DNA of 64,000 nucleotides from Octopus bimaculoides (Eukaryota). Shown piece after piece: positions 26,835 to 40,550 of the stretch (within the stretch, counting starts at the first letter, position 1; every line of letters begins with the position of its first letter). The notes under the pieces were generated by a model, which did no database searches, had not been told where the DNA came from, and worked only from the letters and a program-made list of their open reading frames with translations. The stretch is taken from positions 16,199,427 to 16,263,426 of the forward strand of contig NC_069004.1 in NCBI RefSeq assembly GCF_001194135.2, given 5' to 3'. The position numbers and the translations under genes are program-made.

Positions 26835-26920
26835 TCTCCAGTAGCAACTCCCGGTTGTCAATTTTAGCATTTGTGCAACAAATCACTTTTACAATGTCTT
26901 CACCTTTTCAACAACTTCAA
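26835..26920 (+). CDS. Candidate host exon (phase 1-0, SSSNSRLSILAFVQQITFTMSSPFQQLQ)
   Basis: Pyrimidine-rich tract ending accacAG; 86-nt open frame; GTATTC donor. Confidence 0.3.
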
Positions 26921-27589
26921 GTATTCCTACTCCAGTGTATTCTTGCTGCATCATGGCTATTATAATGTTGCTGAAATTATAGAAGTCTCATAACATGTTA
27001 TGTTGAAATTTATTGTTCAGTGATCTGTAAAGACAACGAATATTACAGCATTATTTCATAATCCAGGTAAAAAAAAAAAAGATGAGAAAACTAGTTAGTT
27101 GCATGTTGATTATATAGTAGAATTTCAGAAATACTGTCTTCTACTACTAGGTTACACTGTACTCTACAATTTTATACTTTAAATCCTTTAATACCTATGT
27201 TATCAATATGCAGAAGTAAAAGAACTTTTCTCTTGCTTTTTTTCCTTGCTTATTTAAGAGTAAGGAGTAGGATATAAAAATGAATCATTTTTGTTTTATA
27301 TATAAGTTATTGAAGTATCAATAATCCCACAGCCACGAGATATTATTTAGAATCACTTGCATGCAATAATGTTTACTTAAGTGTAAAGAATCCCTAGAAT
27401 TTGTCCATGTTTTCAATTTTATTTTCTTCCCATTATACATACTGATATCATCATCATCATCATATATATATATATATATATATATAATTATGTGTATTTC
27501 TTCTATCTTAATGAATAAAAATTCTTCTGATAGAATAAATGGGTTAATAGAAACCAATTATAACATGCGTTTTCTCCAATCCTTAAATT

Positions 27590-27633
<44 letters not shown>

Positions 27634-27711
27634 TACTGTTAATAAATGTCATGTGTGTGTTACATTCTGTTACTTAATAGATGAAAAATGCATTGTAAAT
27701 AAGTGATAGAT

Positions 27712-27873
27712 AAAAAACGTATACGTATAAGACACAGAGGTTCCCTAATTCTTCATCAGTTATCAACCAAAATGGTAATACTCAATTTCGCACCATTAAT
27801 GATACAAAACTGAGTTGATAATGGATGAAGAACTAAGGACTCTCTGTGTCTTATATGTATATATACATTTTTT
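27712..27873. mobile_element. Foldback element with ~55-bp arms containing a hammerhead-like motif
   Basis: Arms are inverted. The left arm on minus reads gataa-CTGATGA-agaattagg-GAAC-ctctgt-GTC-ttat. Confidence 0.7.
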
Positions 27874-27939
27874 CTGTCATTACACACACACACACACCCA
27901 CCTTTCTCAGCAAACTAGTGTTACTTCCTGTTGCTATAT

Positions 27940-28250
27940 CTAATAGGCTAATTAAGGTAAAATTATCTTTGAATGACAGGTATAACTATTGTTAGTGTTT
28001 ATACTTCTATGATGACAGACAAGCAGAATATGGAGGAGGTTTTCTTCAATGCACTACGCAGACTGTGTTCCAGTACCAATAACCAACAAGCTGATTGTTC
28101 TGGATGATTTTGATGGAGATGGATTACTATTAGACTTGCAGCACTGCTGTTAGGTCATTTTGGAAAAAAAACAAAAAAGCTATTGACTGCAACAAAGCAA
28201 CTTTTACTTGAGCTCTACATAAAAAAAAAAAAAGTTCCAGATTTGACAAA
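27940..28250 (+). mobile_element. LINE apurinic endonuclease fragment
   Basis: YTSMMTDKQNMEEVFFNALRRLC...KLIVLDDF resembles the RTE EN pattern YAPT..FY..L...KLIVLGDF. Confidence 0.5.
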
Positions 28251-28499
28251 CATCTAGCTTCCTGATAGGTTGTTTTACAGCTGGCAACATCTGTGTAAAA
28301 AACAGTGGCATTTGTTGGAGTACAGGTGTGACACCTTGGGCAAGTGTCTTCTATAGCCTCAGGCCAGTCAAAGCCTTGTGAGTGGATTCACTAGATGGAA
28401 ACTGAAAGAAGCCCATCACAAAAAAATATATTTATTAAAAATAAAAAATATTGCTTTTTATATTACATTCACATCTTTGAAAGTTTTAAAAATATTTAC

Positions 28500-28872
28500 T
28501 TCTGGTCTTCTAGCATCAGTGACGTAACATATCTCTTTATGTATATCGCTCTATCCTTCTGTAACATATCTCTCTATATCTCTTGTTTTCACTTTCATTT
28601 TTCAGATGCTATTCTTTTCACTTCCAATTTTCATACGCCATTGTTTAACTTCCACGTTATTGTTTTTACTGTAAGCCTAAGTTTTCAATCGCTATTTACA
28701 AATAAGCAATGACAAATTACTGACAAATAATGAAATTTTAAAACGCACAGTTGCAGAGTTACATAGAAAGTTGGTATCTCAGCTACTAGCAGTTGACACC
28801 TGCGTAATCTAGACTGCGTTTTAAAATTTCATTATTTTCTTTAACCCAGGCAATGCTGGGTATTTCTGCTAA
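28500..28872 (+). mobile_element. Non-autonomous Helitron, longer relative of the 63711 element
   Basis: Last ~70 bp match the 63711-63801 element; hairpin cccaggcaatgctggg followed by CTAA|t. The 5' end is not defined. Confidence 0.7.
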
Positions 28873-28993
28873 TAATGTAATATGAATAAATGTCAAATGT
28901 TTTAGTGCATGACTTTTGACTCACCCTATTTATTAAGAAAACAGAGGTAGTCAGGATTTGGATAAAAACTATTTATTTAGTACTTTCATACAG

Positions 28994-29055
<62 letters not shown>

Positions 29056-29303
29056 TGTGTTGTATTGTGTTCTTGAGCAAAACATCTCATTTCACATTGC
29101 TCTGTGATGATTTTGTCATCTGACATGTAGTACGTTGTGCACCTGTACAGGTAATGTTGATTTGATGGAGGGAGTGAGCCTATGTGAACACAAATATTTA
29201 CTCACTGTAAACAAATCATCTGTGTAAGATGTTCAGAAAGAAATTGCAGAACCCTCATATGTCATCTAATAACAGAAAAGTCCATGGTGTATTTGTATGT
29301 GTA

Positions 29304-29345
<42 letters not shown>

Positions 29346-29548
29346 TGAGAGTATATATGTGTGTGTGAGTGTGAGAGAGAGTGTATGTGTGTGTATGTAT
29401 ACTTCGTTTTTGTAACTGGTTTGCATGATTCTTGATGTGAATTCGTGTGTTGAAACAAATTTTGTTGTGTCTAGGGAGAGTCATTATGCCAATATTATTA
29501 ACACACACTGGTTCAATTCCACTGGAACACAGTGTTGGGAGGAGAAAT

Positions 29549-29582
<34 letters not shown>

Positions 29583-29584
29583 GT

Positions 29585-29732
29585 ATATATGCATGGTAAG
29601 AAGCTTGCTTCCCAACCACATGGTCCCCAGTTCAATCCCGCTGTGTGGCACCTTGGGAAAATGTCTTTTATTATAGCCTTGGGCCGCCCAAAGCCTTGTG
29701 AGTGGATGTGGTAGACAGAAACTGAGAGAAGC

Positions 29733-29740
<8 letters not shown>
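29585..29740 (+). mobile_element. SINE family A (CORE-like) copy
   Basis: GGTAAGAAGCTTGCTTCCCAACCACATGG..GTTCAATCCC..GGCACCTTGGG..AAAGCCTTGTGAGTGGAT..GAAACTGA. Other copies lie near 28320-28420, 37780-38115(-), 41980-42145, 47655-47820, 54470-54765(-) and 56540-56935(-). Confidence 0.8.
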
Positions 29741-29789
<49 letters not shown>

Positions 29790-30155
29790 ATATTTATGCA
29801 TGTGTTTGTCCCCACCCCCACCATTGTTTGACAGCTGATGTTGGTGTGTTTACATCCCCATAACTTAGCGGTTCAGCAAAGGGGACTTATAGAATAAGTA
29901 CTAGACTTACCAAATGTGTGTGTTTATATATCTGTATATATGTGAAGTTGTGATTTGAAAGATATTTGGTTCCTAGTAGACTGAGCCACTTCATAAGACA
30001 GTTTCTTCATTAGTTTGTAGTAGTAGTAATTATTGCTGCTCAATTCCATTTGGTCAGCTGTACATGACACAAAGGCAGCTGATCAAATAATTAGTACCAG
30101 CATGGAAGTTCAAACGTATATTGTTTAATTTTTGTTGTTTTGGTTCCATCATCAG

Positions 30156-30257
30156 TTTCTCACAAGATTGCTAGAAAACTCATGCTCATACAAGGTTTGA
30201 ACTCTGCATGTTTTGGTTTGTGCAAACAAACTTTTTTCAATTATATCATCATCCTTG
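30156..30257 (+). CDS. Candidate host exon (phase 1-1, SHKIARKLMLIQGLNSACFGLCKQTFFNYIIIL)
   Basis: T-rich tract ending catcAG; 102-nt open frame; strong GTGAGC donor. Confidence 0.3.
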
Positions 30258-30861
30258 GTGAGCTGAGTTATATGAAGAGTTAAATGTTGTATAGAGAAAC
30301 ACAACACATGTGTAAGAATCTCTACTTTGTTGTTCACTCTGCTTGAAATAGCAGCCAAATCACCTCAAATCACATTCATTCATTCTAGAAATAGCAACCA
30401 GTCTCCTTCAAAGAATCCACTACCATCTTAAAATGGAGAAGACATTATGAATAATGTGATTTTAGATTGTAGAATAAAAAATGCAATGTTGACAGCTGAA
30501 ATGTCTTTGATCATAAGATTGTTAAATCGAGGCCAAACGGGCTAAACAACAAATGAACATCCTAAAATGAAACCAGTGAACCAAACAGTGCAATATCTTA
30601 TGTCTCTTTAGTTATTTTTTTTTCTTCTCTAATGATGATTAAATTATAGCAATGATGAAATAACCTCATCATCTGTAAGACTAGATGTGCAATAATTCAT
30701 TCCTAATTATTATTTCTATGGCTGTTTTAGTTTCACTCTTATTAATGTTACAATATTAATGTCAATATAAACGTTCACTCTTAATTCTTTCCCCACTCCA
30801 CCGCAATTTCATTACTCTAAGGCCTCTTAAGAAACTGTCAATTATATTTGCCACTTTGTTG

Positions 30862-30921
<60 letters not shown>

Positions 30922-31564
30922 NNNNNNNNNNNNNNNNNNNNNNNNNNNNNNNNNNNNNNNNNNNNNNNNNNNNNNNNNNNNNNNNNNNNNNNNNNNNNNN
31001 NNNNNNNNNNNNNNNNNNNNNNNNNNNNNNNNNNNNNNNNNNNNNNNNNNNNNNNNNNNNNNNNNNNNNNNNNNNNNNNNNNNNNNNNNNNNNNNNNNNN
31101 NNNNNNNNNNNNNNNNNNNNNNNNNNNNNNNNNNNNNNNNNNNNNNNNNNNNNNNNNNNNNNNNNNNNNNNNNNNNNNNNNNNNNNNNNNNNNNNNNNNN
31201 NNNNNNNNNNNNNNNNNNNNNNNNNNNNNNNNNNNNNNNNNNNNNNNNNNNNNNNNNNNNNNNNNNNNNNNNNNNNNNNNNNNNNNNNNNNNNNNNNNNN
31301 NNNNNNNNNNNNNNNNNNNNNNNNNNNNNNNNNNNNNNNNNNNNNNNNNNNNNNNNNNNNNNNNNNNNNNNNNNNNNNNNNNNNNNNNNNNNNNNNNNNN
31401 NNNNNNNNNNNNNNNNNNNNNNNNNNNNNNNNNNNNNNNNNNNNNNNNNNNNNNNNNNNNNNNNNNNNNNNNNNNNNNNNNNNNNNNNNNNNNNNNNNNN
31501 NNNNNNNNNNNNNNNNNNNNNNNNNNNNNNNNNNNNNNNNNNNNNNNNNNNNNNNNNNNNNNNN

Positions 31565-31611
<47 letters not shown>

Positions 31612-31619
31612 CATACTGC

Positions 31620-32590
31620 ATTGCTTCTTTCCAGGTAAACTGATATCTAACTGATCAAAGAAGACTTAAGTTTTTGATAAACAAGAGTTTCTTCAACCCT
31701 TGTCACCACCAAAGAAAATATTGATCTTGTTCAGCACATGCTGATGGATGACAGATGATTGACTATAAATCAAATAGCCAATGCTTTAGTATATCCTGTG
31801 AGAGAGTTGAGAATTTTCTGCCTAATGAACTTGGCATGATAAAGGTTTTGGCTTAGTGGGTGCCACGTCTTCTGACACCTGATCAAAAGTGCACCAGGTT
31901 GATCACATCATTGCAAAATCAGACATTGTTTGAAGCAGGTCCAGCTGGTTTCCTTGAACATTTCCTAAGCCAGGATGAGTGTTGGCTTCATGAGCCAAGG
32001 ACAAAGAGACAATCCATGCAGTGGAAACATCCCTTCTCACCTGCTCCAAAGAAGTCCAAGATCATTTTATCTGCAGAGATGATAGCCTCAGTATTTTAGG
32101 ATGCAAGAGGCATTGTGTTTATTGACTATCATCAGTAGCACCATGCCATCAATGGAGAGTACTATGCCAATTTGCTGAGGCAGTTACAAAAGACTGTCAA
32201 AACCAAATGCTTTGGAAAACTGATGAAAGAGGTCTTGTTTTATGAGGACAATGCTCCAGCACTCAAGTTCTTGGTTTCAATGGTTACCATGTGTGACTGT
32301 GGATTTGAACTGGTTAAACAGACTCCCATTTCTCCTGATTTGTTCCCCAACAGGAAAAAAGCACTTGAGTGGGAACCAGTGTTGCAGTGTTGATGATGTC
32401 ATATTTGCTGTTGATGATTGTTTTGACCCACGGGATGAACACTTCTTCACCGATGGGATCCAAGTGCTGCAATACTGATGGAAGAAGAGTGTGGACCACA
32501 AGGGCGATTGTGCTGGAAAATAAACTTCTTTTGATCACATTCCATGAGCGTATCTTCGTCAGCATATGAACTTTTCAGCCAACCCTTGTG
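31620..32590 (+). mobile_element. Mariner transposon relic (second family); 5' end lost in gap
   Basis: WVPRLLTPDQK, DECWLHEPRTKRQSMQW, EDNAPA and ISPDL motifs; TIR-like aacttttcagccaacccttgtg at the right end. Confidence 0.85.
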
Positions 32591-33729
32591 TTTGTGTGTG
32601 TGCATATATGTGTTTGTGTGTGTATTTATTTATTTATTTATGTATATATGTGTGTTTAATTGTGTATACGTATGTATTTTTATATATATACACATACATG
32701 TATGTATATGTGTGTGTGAATGAGTGAATGTATGCACACCTATATAAATGGAGAGAAATATTCACACACTTTAAAGAATAGCAATATTTGCTAGGTTAAG
32801 AGAGCCTAGAGCAAATTGTTATACTCTCACTGCAACTTCTCAGTAAAGACATGCAGAATTAATCCTGTGTACTTGCCTGTCTAGTATACACAAGATTCAT
32901 GGGTACATGTGAAGGCCAGCTCTTACAGTACTGGCTGTTGGTTATCCAAAACGTAATCATAGGCTTGTGAAAATTTCCCACATGAAAAAATTCCTGAATG
33001 TCAAAGTCCTTTGTGTTTTACTTTATGTTATTTCTTTTGTTTTAATGAAATGTGTGGATCCCCAGAAATTGTAAAGTTATTCTGGGAAAATACTTCCGTT
33101 AGTGTTAGCCATGGGTCCACCTTGTTTTGTTGTACTATTATGATTATTATTATTTGTAGGAGTAGTGCAGTTGGAGAAGATTTGAGTCCAAAAACTTGGT
33201 CATTTATAGCATGAAAGTTCACTTTCTTCAGGTACATCTGGGTACTACCCTTCTCAGTAACATTTTGCTTTCCACACTGCATTGGATTTTTGTATACTGA
33301 GTTCAAATTCTGCTGAGATTGACTTGGTCTTTTATCCTATTGGGGTCAATAAAATAAGTGCCATTTGAGCACTGGGGTCAGTAGACTAACCCTATCACTC
33401 CCAAAATTTCAGGCCTTGTGTGAAAATTAGAATGAATTTTTATTATTAGTAGTATTGTTAGGGTGGCAAGCAGGCAGAATGATTGGCACACCAGATGAAA
33501 TGCTGCTTAGCAATTTGTCCGTGTTTATGTTCTGAGTTCAAATGCCATTGAGGTATACTTTGCCTTTCATCCTGTAGGGGTCATTAAAATAAATACTAAT
33601 TGAACACTGAGATCAATCAATGCAATTGACTATTACCAACTCCTAAAATTGCTGGCCTTGTGCCAAAATTTGAAATCATTATTATTCTTGCTTTTGTTGT
33701 TGTTGTTAATAATGATAATAATAATAAAG

Positions 33730-34660
33730 TAAGGAAACCTTGCTAGTGTCAGTTAGGAATGAGGGAGTATTGAAAGCAGAGAAAAAAAGGAAAAAACAAA
33801 GGAAGAAGTACAAAAAGGACATGAAGAAGCATTATGCAACAAGGGACTACACAATCAATTCCATGTAGCCACAACAGAAGTTGCTGGAAAACATAGGTGG
33901 GATTGGCTGAAGGAAGGAACATTGGAAAAAGAAACCGAGAGCACTATACTGGTAGTGCAAGACCAAGCTTTGGCCGTGAATTGGTGGGTCAACCTTAGGA
34001 ATGAACAAGTGTCTCTGCTGTGCCGCATCTGTAACAGAGTAGACAAAATCATTGCCCATATTACGAATGAATGCCCTAAACTTGCCCAAAACCACTGCAA
34101 GTTTTGGTGACACGGTGAGATAGTGAATGTGCTACATTGGAAACTGTGCGAAAAGTGGGGGCTAGGGAGAAGCAAGACATGGTATAATGGTATGAACACA
34201 AACCGCAGAGAGTGACAGGATCAGAGACTTGCAAAATCCTCTGGAATTCCCCAATCTAAATAGATCGAGTGCTAGAGCATAACAGACGGGACCTAGTGAT
34301 GGTTGACACGATACACCACATGTGCTATATAGTTAATGTTGCATGCCCCTTTGATCCACAAGTAGTCAAGAAGGAAGGGGAAAAAAAAGAAGATAGTGCC
34401 AATTATTGTTGGGTCCTTGGGGACAGTATCAGAAAGCATCAAGAGGAATATAAAGGAAATTGGAATAGTGTGTCCAATAGAACTGTTACATAAGGTTTGC
34501 CTCCTTGGCATGGCCAGAATAATCAGGGAAGTATCAGATAATTGAAAAGAACGGATAACATGGTACTGTAGGCTGCAGGCAGCAGGCCTGCTACGCATAC
34601 AAGACTCCAGGATTTACAACAAAACCAAAGATAAAAAGAAAAATAACAACAACAATAATA
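33730..34660 (+). mobile_element. R4/Dong-like non-LTR retrotransposon 3' fragment (CCHC knuckle plus restriction-like endonuclease)
   Basis: WDWLKEGTLEKETESTILVVQDQAL, CRICNRVDKIIAHITNEC, HWKLC, ILWNSPI, HNRRDLV, IVNVACPFD; flanked by (AAT)n/(AAC)n. Confidence 0.8.
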
Positions 34661-35544
34661 ATAATATTGGCTTCAAATTTTGGCACAAGGCCAGCAAGTT
34701 TGGGCAAGGGGGTAAGTTGACTACATTGACCCCAGTGCTCAACTGGTACTTATTTCATCGACCCTGAAAGCATGAAAGGCAAAGTTGACCTTAGCGAAAT
34801 TTGAACTCAGAATGTTAAGATGGATGAAATGCAGCTAAGCATTTTGCCCAGCATGCTAATGATTCTGCCAGCACCCCACCTTCACAATAATAATAATATT
34901 GCTATTGTTATTGGTATAGCTGGTGTTCTGTTTAAGAGAAAGATGTGAGATTGATAGAATAAGTAGAGTGCAAGATAGAATACCTTGAGATACTTAGTTA
35001 CATTCTTTATTTTTTTTTTTATCTTATAACTTTTGTCAGGAGGATTGGCAGTGCTTAGAACACTTCACAAGGCTTCTAGAACTGGGGAGAGAAGAATGTA
35101 GTTATCCTCAAACCAGAAATGAGGATAGACACATATCTGCTTATAGCTTTTCTCTTTTACTTGTTCCACTCATTGGATTACAGCCATGCTGGAGCACTAT
35201 GTTGAAGGGTTTAGTCAAACAAATTGACCCCAGTACTTATTTTTTTCAATCTGGTACTTTCGCTCTCTTGTCAAATCATTAATTTATAGTGATGTAAACA
35301 AACCAACACCAGCTGCCAAGTGGTGTGTGTATATATAGGGTTCAATCTACAGAGAAATGGGTAAATTCAACGTTTATGAGTCTACTATGTGAACTTGCTT
35401 CCTCTTGACAGAGCTCCAGTATTAATAAATTATTAAACACTTCATCATCATATTACATTCATTTTCCATGCTAGTATGGGTTGGATGGTTTGGCAAGAGC
35501 TGGCAAGTCAGAAGACCACACCAAGCTCTGCTGTCTAATTTACA

Positions 35545-37055
35545 AAGAGTACTGCAGGAATTTTTGTCCTTTGATATCGAGATCATTGCTGGATAAGGCA
35601 ATGGAGTTCACAAAGACTTGTCAATATTACCCATGTAGACATGGACTTTATTATGCATGTGTGAAAAATCCTTCTATTCAGTAAGTATTTTGCATGGATT
35701 AAAAATCTGAACAGATGAATTGTCTGATGTGTAGATGGGCTCATATGATTGTGCTGACATTGTGATACATTGAGATTCAAATTCCCATCCCATGATATTG
35801 GTCTATACCATGATGATTGTTTGGGCATATGTCACAACTGTGATGGGCTTACCTTGATAAAATTAGGAAAAATCTAATATCTTTAGTCACTTAGGCCTCA
35901 AAATTATTGTAACCACTAATCTGTCTAAAGCTGATTTCTTACATGTTTCCCTAGGCTCTTATAAGCATAAAGCAAATTAGAAATTCATGTATATATATAA
36001 ACAGTTCTGTCACACCACCACCACATTGTTTAAAAACTTGATAACCAATATCAGTAATAGGCTATCTAATCCCTCGTCTTCTAAGGAAATATTTGATAAA
36101 GTAGACCCCCACTATAATGATGCCCTAGCTAACTGTGGCTTCAAAGATAAGATATCTTACAACCCTTCAATTAAGAATATGAAACCTAAAAATAGACCCA
36201 GGAAAATAATATGGTTTATTCTTCCTACTTTCTCTTTGAATGTTAAGACTAACATAGGCAAAAGATTCTTGGCATTGTTAGCTGCTGCCCCAATATGAAG
36301 GACATTATCACTTGCAAGCCACACCAAGGCATGCTTCATAAATTCAGTCATTTATGAAACAAGTCAAAGCAATGCTCCAAAATAATAAAATACAAAAGAA
36401 AAATTAGGTTTATGTGAACACAATTGAAAAGAAAATATGCAAACCACCAGACTTCTTTCCGATACATGGACAAGAAATAAAGCTACTAAGTTGGCTAGTC
36501 ATGTATGGGACTTGAAGACCAACTACACACCACATACAATCAAATGGAACATCATGGTGAAATCCATGCCAAATGGAAATGGATCAAAGCAATGCAAGCT
36601 ATCTGTGGCTGAAAGATCTCTCATTCTTTTTAGATTGAAGAATTCCACCACACTGCTTAATTCCAACTCCAGCATTTTAGCAAATGAAAACTGATGGAAA
36701 AATTTCTTTTGTCAAACTGAGTCACCACCTTCTATGGGTTGAATATACTATCTCACAGACATGAGTTTCCTCCTTGTTGAATTATTCTACATCTGCTCTA
36801 CTAATTATGATTTCAATGGACAAAGGGGATGTTACTTTGGGTTTTCTTTCCATTTTGTTTTTCCTACTTTTATTTATGTTTTGTTTTCTCATTCCACCTC
36901 TTGCATTTACCTTCCTCTTGCTCTTTTTCATATTTTTTCATAAATCAGCATCCATTCATGTATATTTAAACTTAAAGGATTGCTTGGAGACATAACGCAT
37001 GACAAATCTGCCAAATTATTGTGTTTCCACAGCATGAAACTATTTATAGCTCATA
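35545..37055 (+). mobile_element. Penelope-like element 1 (RT, thumb and C-terminal GIY-YIG), 5'-truncated and decayed
   Basis: LLDKAMEF, MGSYDCAD, RKIIWF..FSLNVKTNIGKRFL, SVIYE, ANHQTSF, KLASHVWDLK..IKWNI, CKLSVAE. Confidence 0.85.
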
Positions 37056-37333
37056 TTAAAATACTGTGTATATTAAATGATATGTGTATATTTATGTATA
37101 CATGTATGTGTGTGTGTATATATGCATGTATGAGTGTATATACGCATGTGTATATATGAATATATGTATGTGTATATATGCATATATGTGTGTGAAAGTG
37201 TATATATGTATGTGTATATGTGTGTGTATGTATGTGTATGTATATATGTATGTATATATATATATATATATGAGTGTGTGTGTATACATGAATGTATACA
37301 TATATGTATATATATATATATATATGTATATAT

Positions 37334-37365
<32 letters not shown>

Positions 37366-38275
37366 ATATATATATANNNNNNNNNNNNNNNNNNNNNNNN
37401 NNNNNNNNNNNNNNNNNNNNNNNNNNNNNNNNNNNNNNNNNNNNNNNNNNNNNNNNNNNNNNNNNNNNNNNNNNNNTCACAATATTTCTCTACCTTATTT
37501 GCATCCTTTTCATAGTTGACATTTCTACACTGAAGATGGAACAAACAAAATAAAAAGAAAAAGGAAAAAGAAAGTAGTGAAAAACAATGATAAAACTAAG
37601 ATGGGGTGATTGATGACCTTTTCATCCTGAAGGTCATTGACTTGATGGCATTGATGAAAGCTGCTAAAATGTTAGGTTTTTCCAGTTAGGGGTTGGATCA
37701 TATTGTTCTATGAACTTTGTACTCAAACATTAGGTGCAGAATCTAGAATCTTTGTTTTTGTGTGTGAGCGTTCTTTTATTCTTTTACTTGTTTCAGTCAT
37801 TAAACTGTGACCATGCTGGGGCAGTGCCTTGCAGAATATTAGTCAAATGAATTGACCCCAGTACTTATTTTTTAAGCTTTTGCTGATCCACTAAGTTACA
37901 GAGACATAAACAACATTGGGTAACAAACATATATGCACACATGCATGCGTGCGCACACACACACACACACACACAACAGGCTTTCAGATTCCATCTCCCA
38001 AATCCACTCACAAAACTTTGGTTGACTTGAGGTTATAGTAGAAAACATTTACCCTAGGTGCCACACAGTAGGACTGAACCTGGACCCATGTGGTTGGGAA
38101 GCAAACTTCTTAGATATGTGTGCAGCAACACTAATAATTTCTACTATAAGCAGACAAGGAAGCCTCTAGCATGGTTACTGAACTGGGTAATAATAACAGC
38201 CAAATTTCCATCAAATCATGTCCTACTTGTTTAAAAAAAAATAAGGAAGGACATATTGGATGATGTAACCTAAGG

Positions 38276-38563
38276 CAGTGCTTCTCAAACTGTCTGATGT
38301 GGCATACTGGCAGTTTTTTTGTCTTTCCAATGTGCCAGGGACTGGTAATATGTCTTAGTAATACTAATTCATACCAGAAACAATATATATATAATGAATA
38401 TAATAAAATTTGACAATTTCTTTTATCTTATATTTATTTTGTAAACAAATAATACAAAAGCATTATATAATGTTTCTTTCTTTACTGGAAACTCGCTGCA
38501 TACCGGCAGCTGATGGCTCACGGACCAACACCAGTCCATGGACCACCACTTTGAGTAGCATTG
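38276..38563. mobile_element. hAT (Charlie-like) MITE, 288 bp
   Basis: TIRs CAGTGCTTCTCAAA / TTTGAGTAGCATTG (12/14 match); 8-bp TSD acctaagg / gcctaggg (6/8 match). Confidence 0.8.
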
Positions 38564-40320
38564 GCCTAGGGTACATTAGGCTTGGAATAAAGAAAAAAAG
38601 AGGAAAAAGTGGTCATGGCTGGGATGGCTTTGATTGTAACCCTGTTGAATCAGAGATAAATGTCACCACCATCAACCGTTACCAATACTATTAATATCAC
38701 CACCTCAGTTGCTGTAACCATTTAACCACTTCCTCTTTGTTGCATAGCACTGGTACTCTCCCCTTCTTACACATGAAGACTACATTCTTCCCTTCAATGG
38801 GCAAGTAGATTAGATAAGTTGATATTAGGGTTGAAGTTGTAGTATATATTTATATGAAGGACCTTATTGACTGCATTGTACCCCACTTCCTTCTCTCATA
38901 CACAAAAATAAAATTTCATTGAATTGCATGATCTCTGATGTATTGGCTTATTTATTTCATTTGTTGTTGCTTAACCCCAAAGTAAACACTGATCGAACAT
39001 TCCAACCATGGTCATTCCAGTCCTTTTAGTAGTGTCAAAGCTTACATTATCTAATGTGACCCCTTCTTATAAAAGAAGGTAGAAAATTAGGTCAAATTTT
39101 ATTTTTTCATTTTTGCATCATCACTACCACCAACCTTCTGATTCAGTTACTTCTAATGTTTAGAATCGATCAGTAAAGAATATAATTTTTAATCCATATT
39201 TCCAAGACAAAAACATACTAAATGTTTGAGTACTCACTCTGCACTTGACACAATATCATCATGTAATGTGATGTGACCATCAGAGCAGGCTGTAGTGGCA
39301 GTGAACATTTATTGTATGCTACAGTTGCTCCCTGAGGTCATGTCATACTACTATTGGGAGCTAAAACACAAATCTAGTGAGTTAAGCATAAAATGTAAAT
39401 CTAGTATTGTCAACCAGTGTTGTCTTCATCAGATGTGACTCATTTAATGCTGCAAAATAGATTTGAGAACAATATGACAAAGCTTATTGTTTGTTTGTTT
39501 GTTTTTAATTTTATTGTTTTAAATGTTTTACATTCATTTTCTCATGCTTGCATAGATGGGATGGTTTTCTGTTGGTGCAATTATCTCTACAGCTTAATGC
39601 CCTTCCTACTACTAACCACTCAGCCATAGAATAGTAGGAGTGATGCCTGTTTTTTTCTTTTCTTTTCTTTTCTTTTATTCTGTCACTTGGAGAAAAGATA
39701 GATAGTAAACTATAGGAAAATTGGAAAAGTTCAGTTGCTGTAAGGAGTACAAAATATAATGTTTTGGCCCTTACAAGTTTAGAAGTTCAATTTGGTTACA
39801 GTGCTGGATTATCTAGCTTTTGGATCTAAGTGCTAGAAAACATCTATTTATTACCAGAACAGTGAGCTTATCTACCCCCACTTCCTCTCTTATACATTCT
39901 CATCTGTAACACTACCAGTGTTAGTGACTTAACACAAAATTTTTTGATACTTTGTGGTATATGTGGACTTCACAAGCTGCATTGCAGGCTAGCCATCTAA
40001 GAAAGTAGGTGATGATGCAGCTTGTGAAGTCAATATTTTGTATCCAAAATTCTAAACAAGAATTGATAGGTGAGGCTTTAGTTCTTACCTGGAGCAACTC
40101 TCTGTTGCTGGTGGTATGATGAAATGCACCTAAGATGCACCTAAGATGCACCTAATATCAAAGTTAGATGGAGTTTTTCCCTATTTGCATGTGGAAGGTG
40201 GTGCGGATTGTGTTATATACTAATAAAGAAAAATGGACATAAAATGATGATTATGACAGATATTAAAGATAGAACAAAACTGTATGCAATGTGCATTAGA
40301 AATTGCTGTAACTGTTTTGA

Positions 40321-40550
40321 ATACAACATATGATCTTTAATTGAGTCAGGTACTACATATGATCTCAGATTAAACCAGGTATTACATATGATCTCAGATC
40401 AGTCAGTTTCAGGTGCAATACATAAACTCAGATCAAGTAAGTTTCAGGAGCAACACATGACCTTTGATCAAGTTACTTTCAGGTGCAACGCATGATTTCA
40501 GTTCAAGTCAAGTACTACACATGATCTCAAATCAAATTATTTTCCAAGAA
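40321..40550. repeat. Degenerate 29-35-bp minisatellite (~7 units)
   Basis: Units resembling tactacatatgatctcagatcaagtcagtttcagg. Confidence 0.7.

Noticed and set aside
28606-28670. Segment with strong acceptor (catttttcAG) and donor (GTAAGC) and open frames
   Set aside because: Lies inside the Helitron copy. It is probably a cryptic pseudo-exon; exonisation cannot be shown without RNA data.
29585-29660. tRNA-like A/B boxes in SINE heads
   Set aside because: SINE-derived; no complete cloverleaf, so no tRNA gene is called.
40085-40215. Minus-strand GTAAGA donor with a short 11-bp triple repeat
   Set aside because: All frames from the nearest good acceptor hit stops, and there is no supporting minus-strand exon series.
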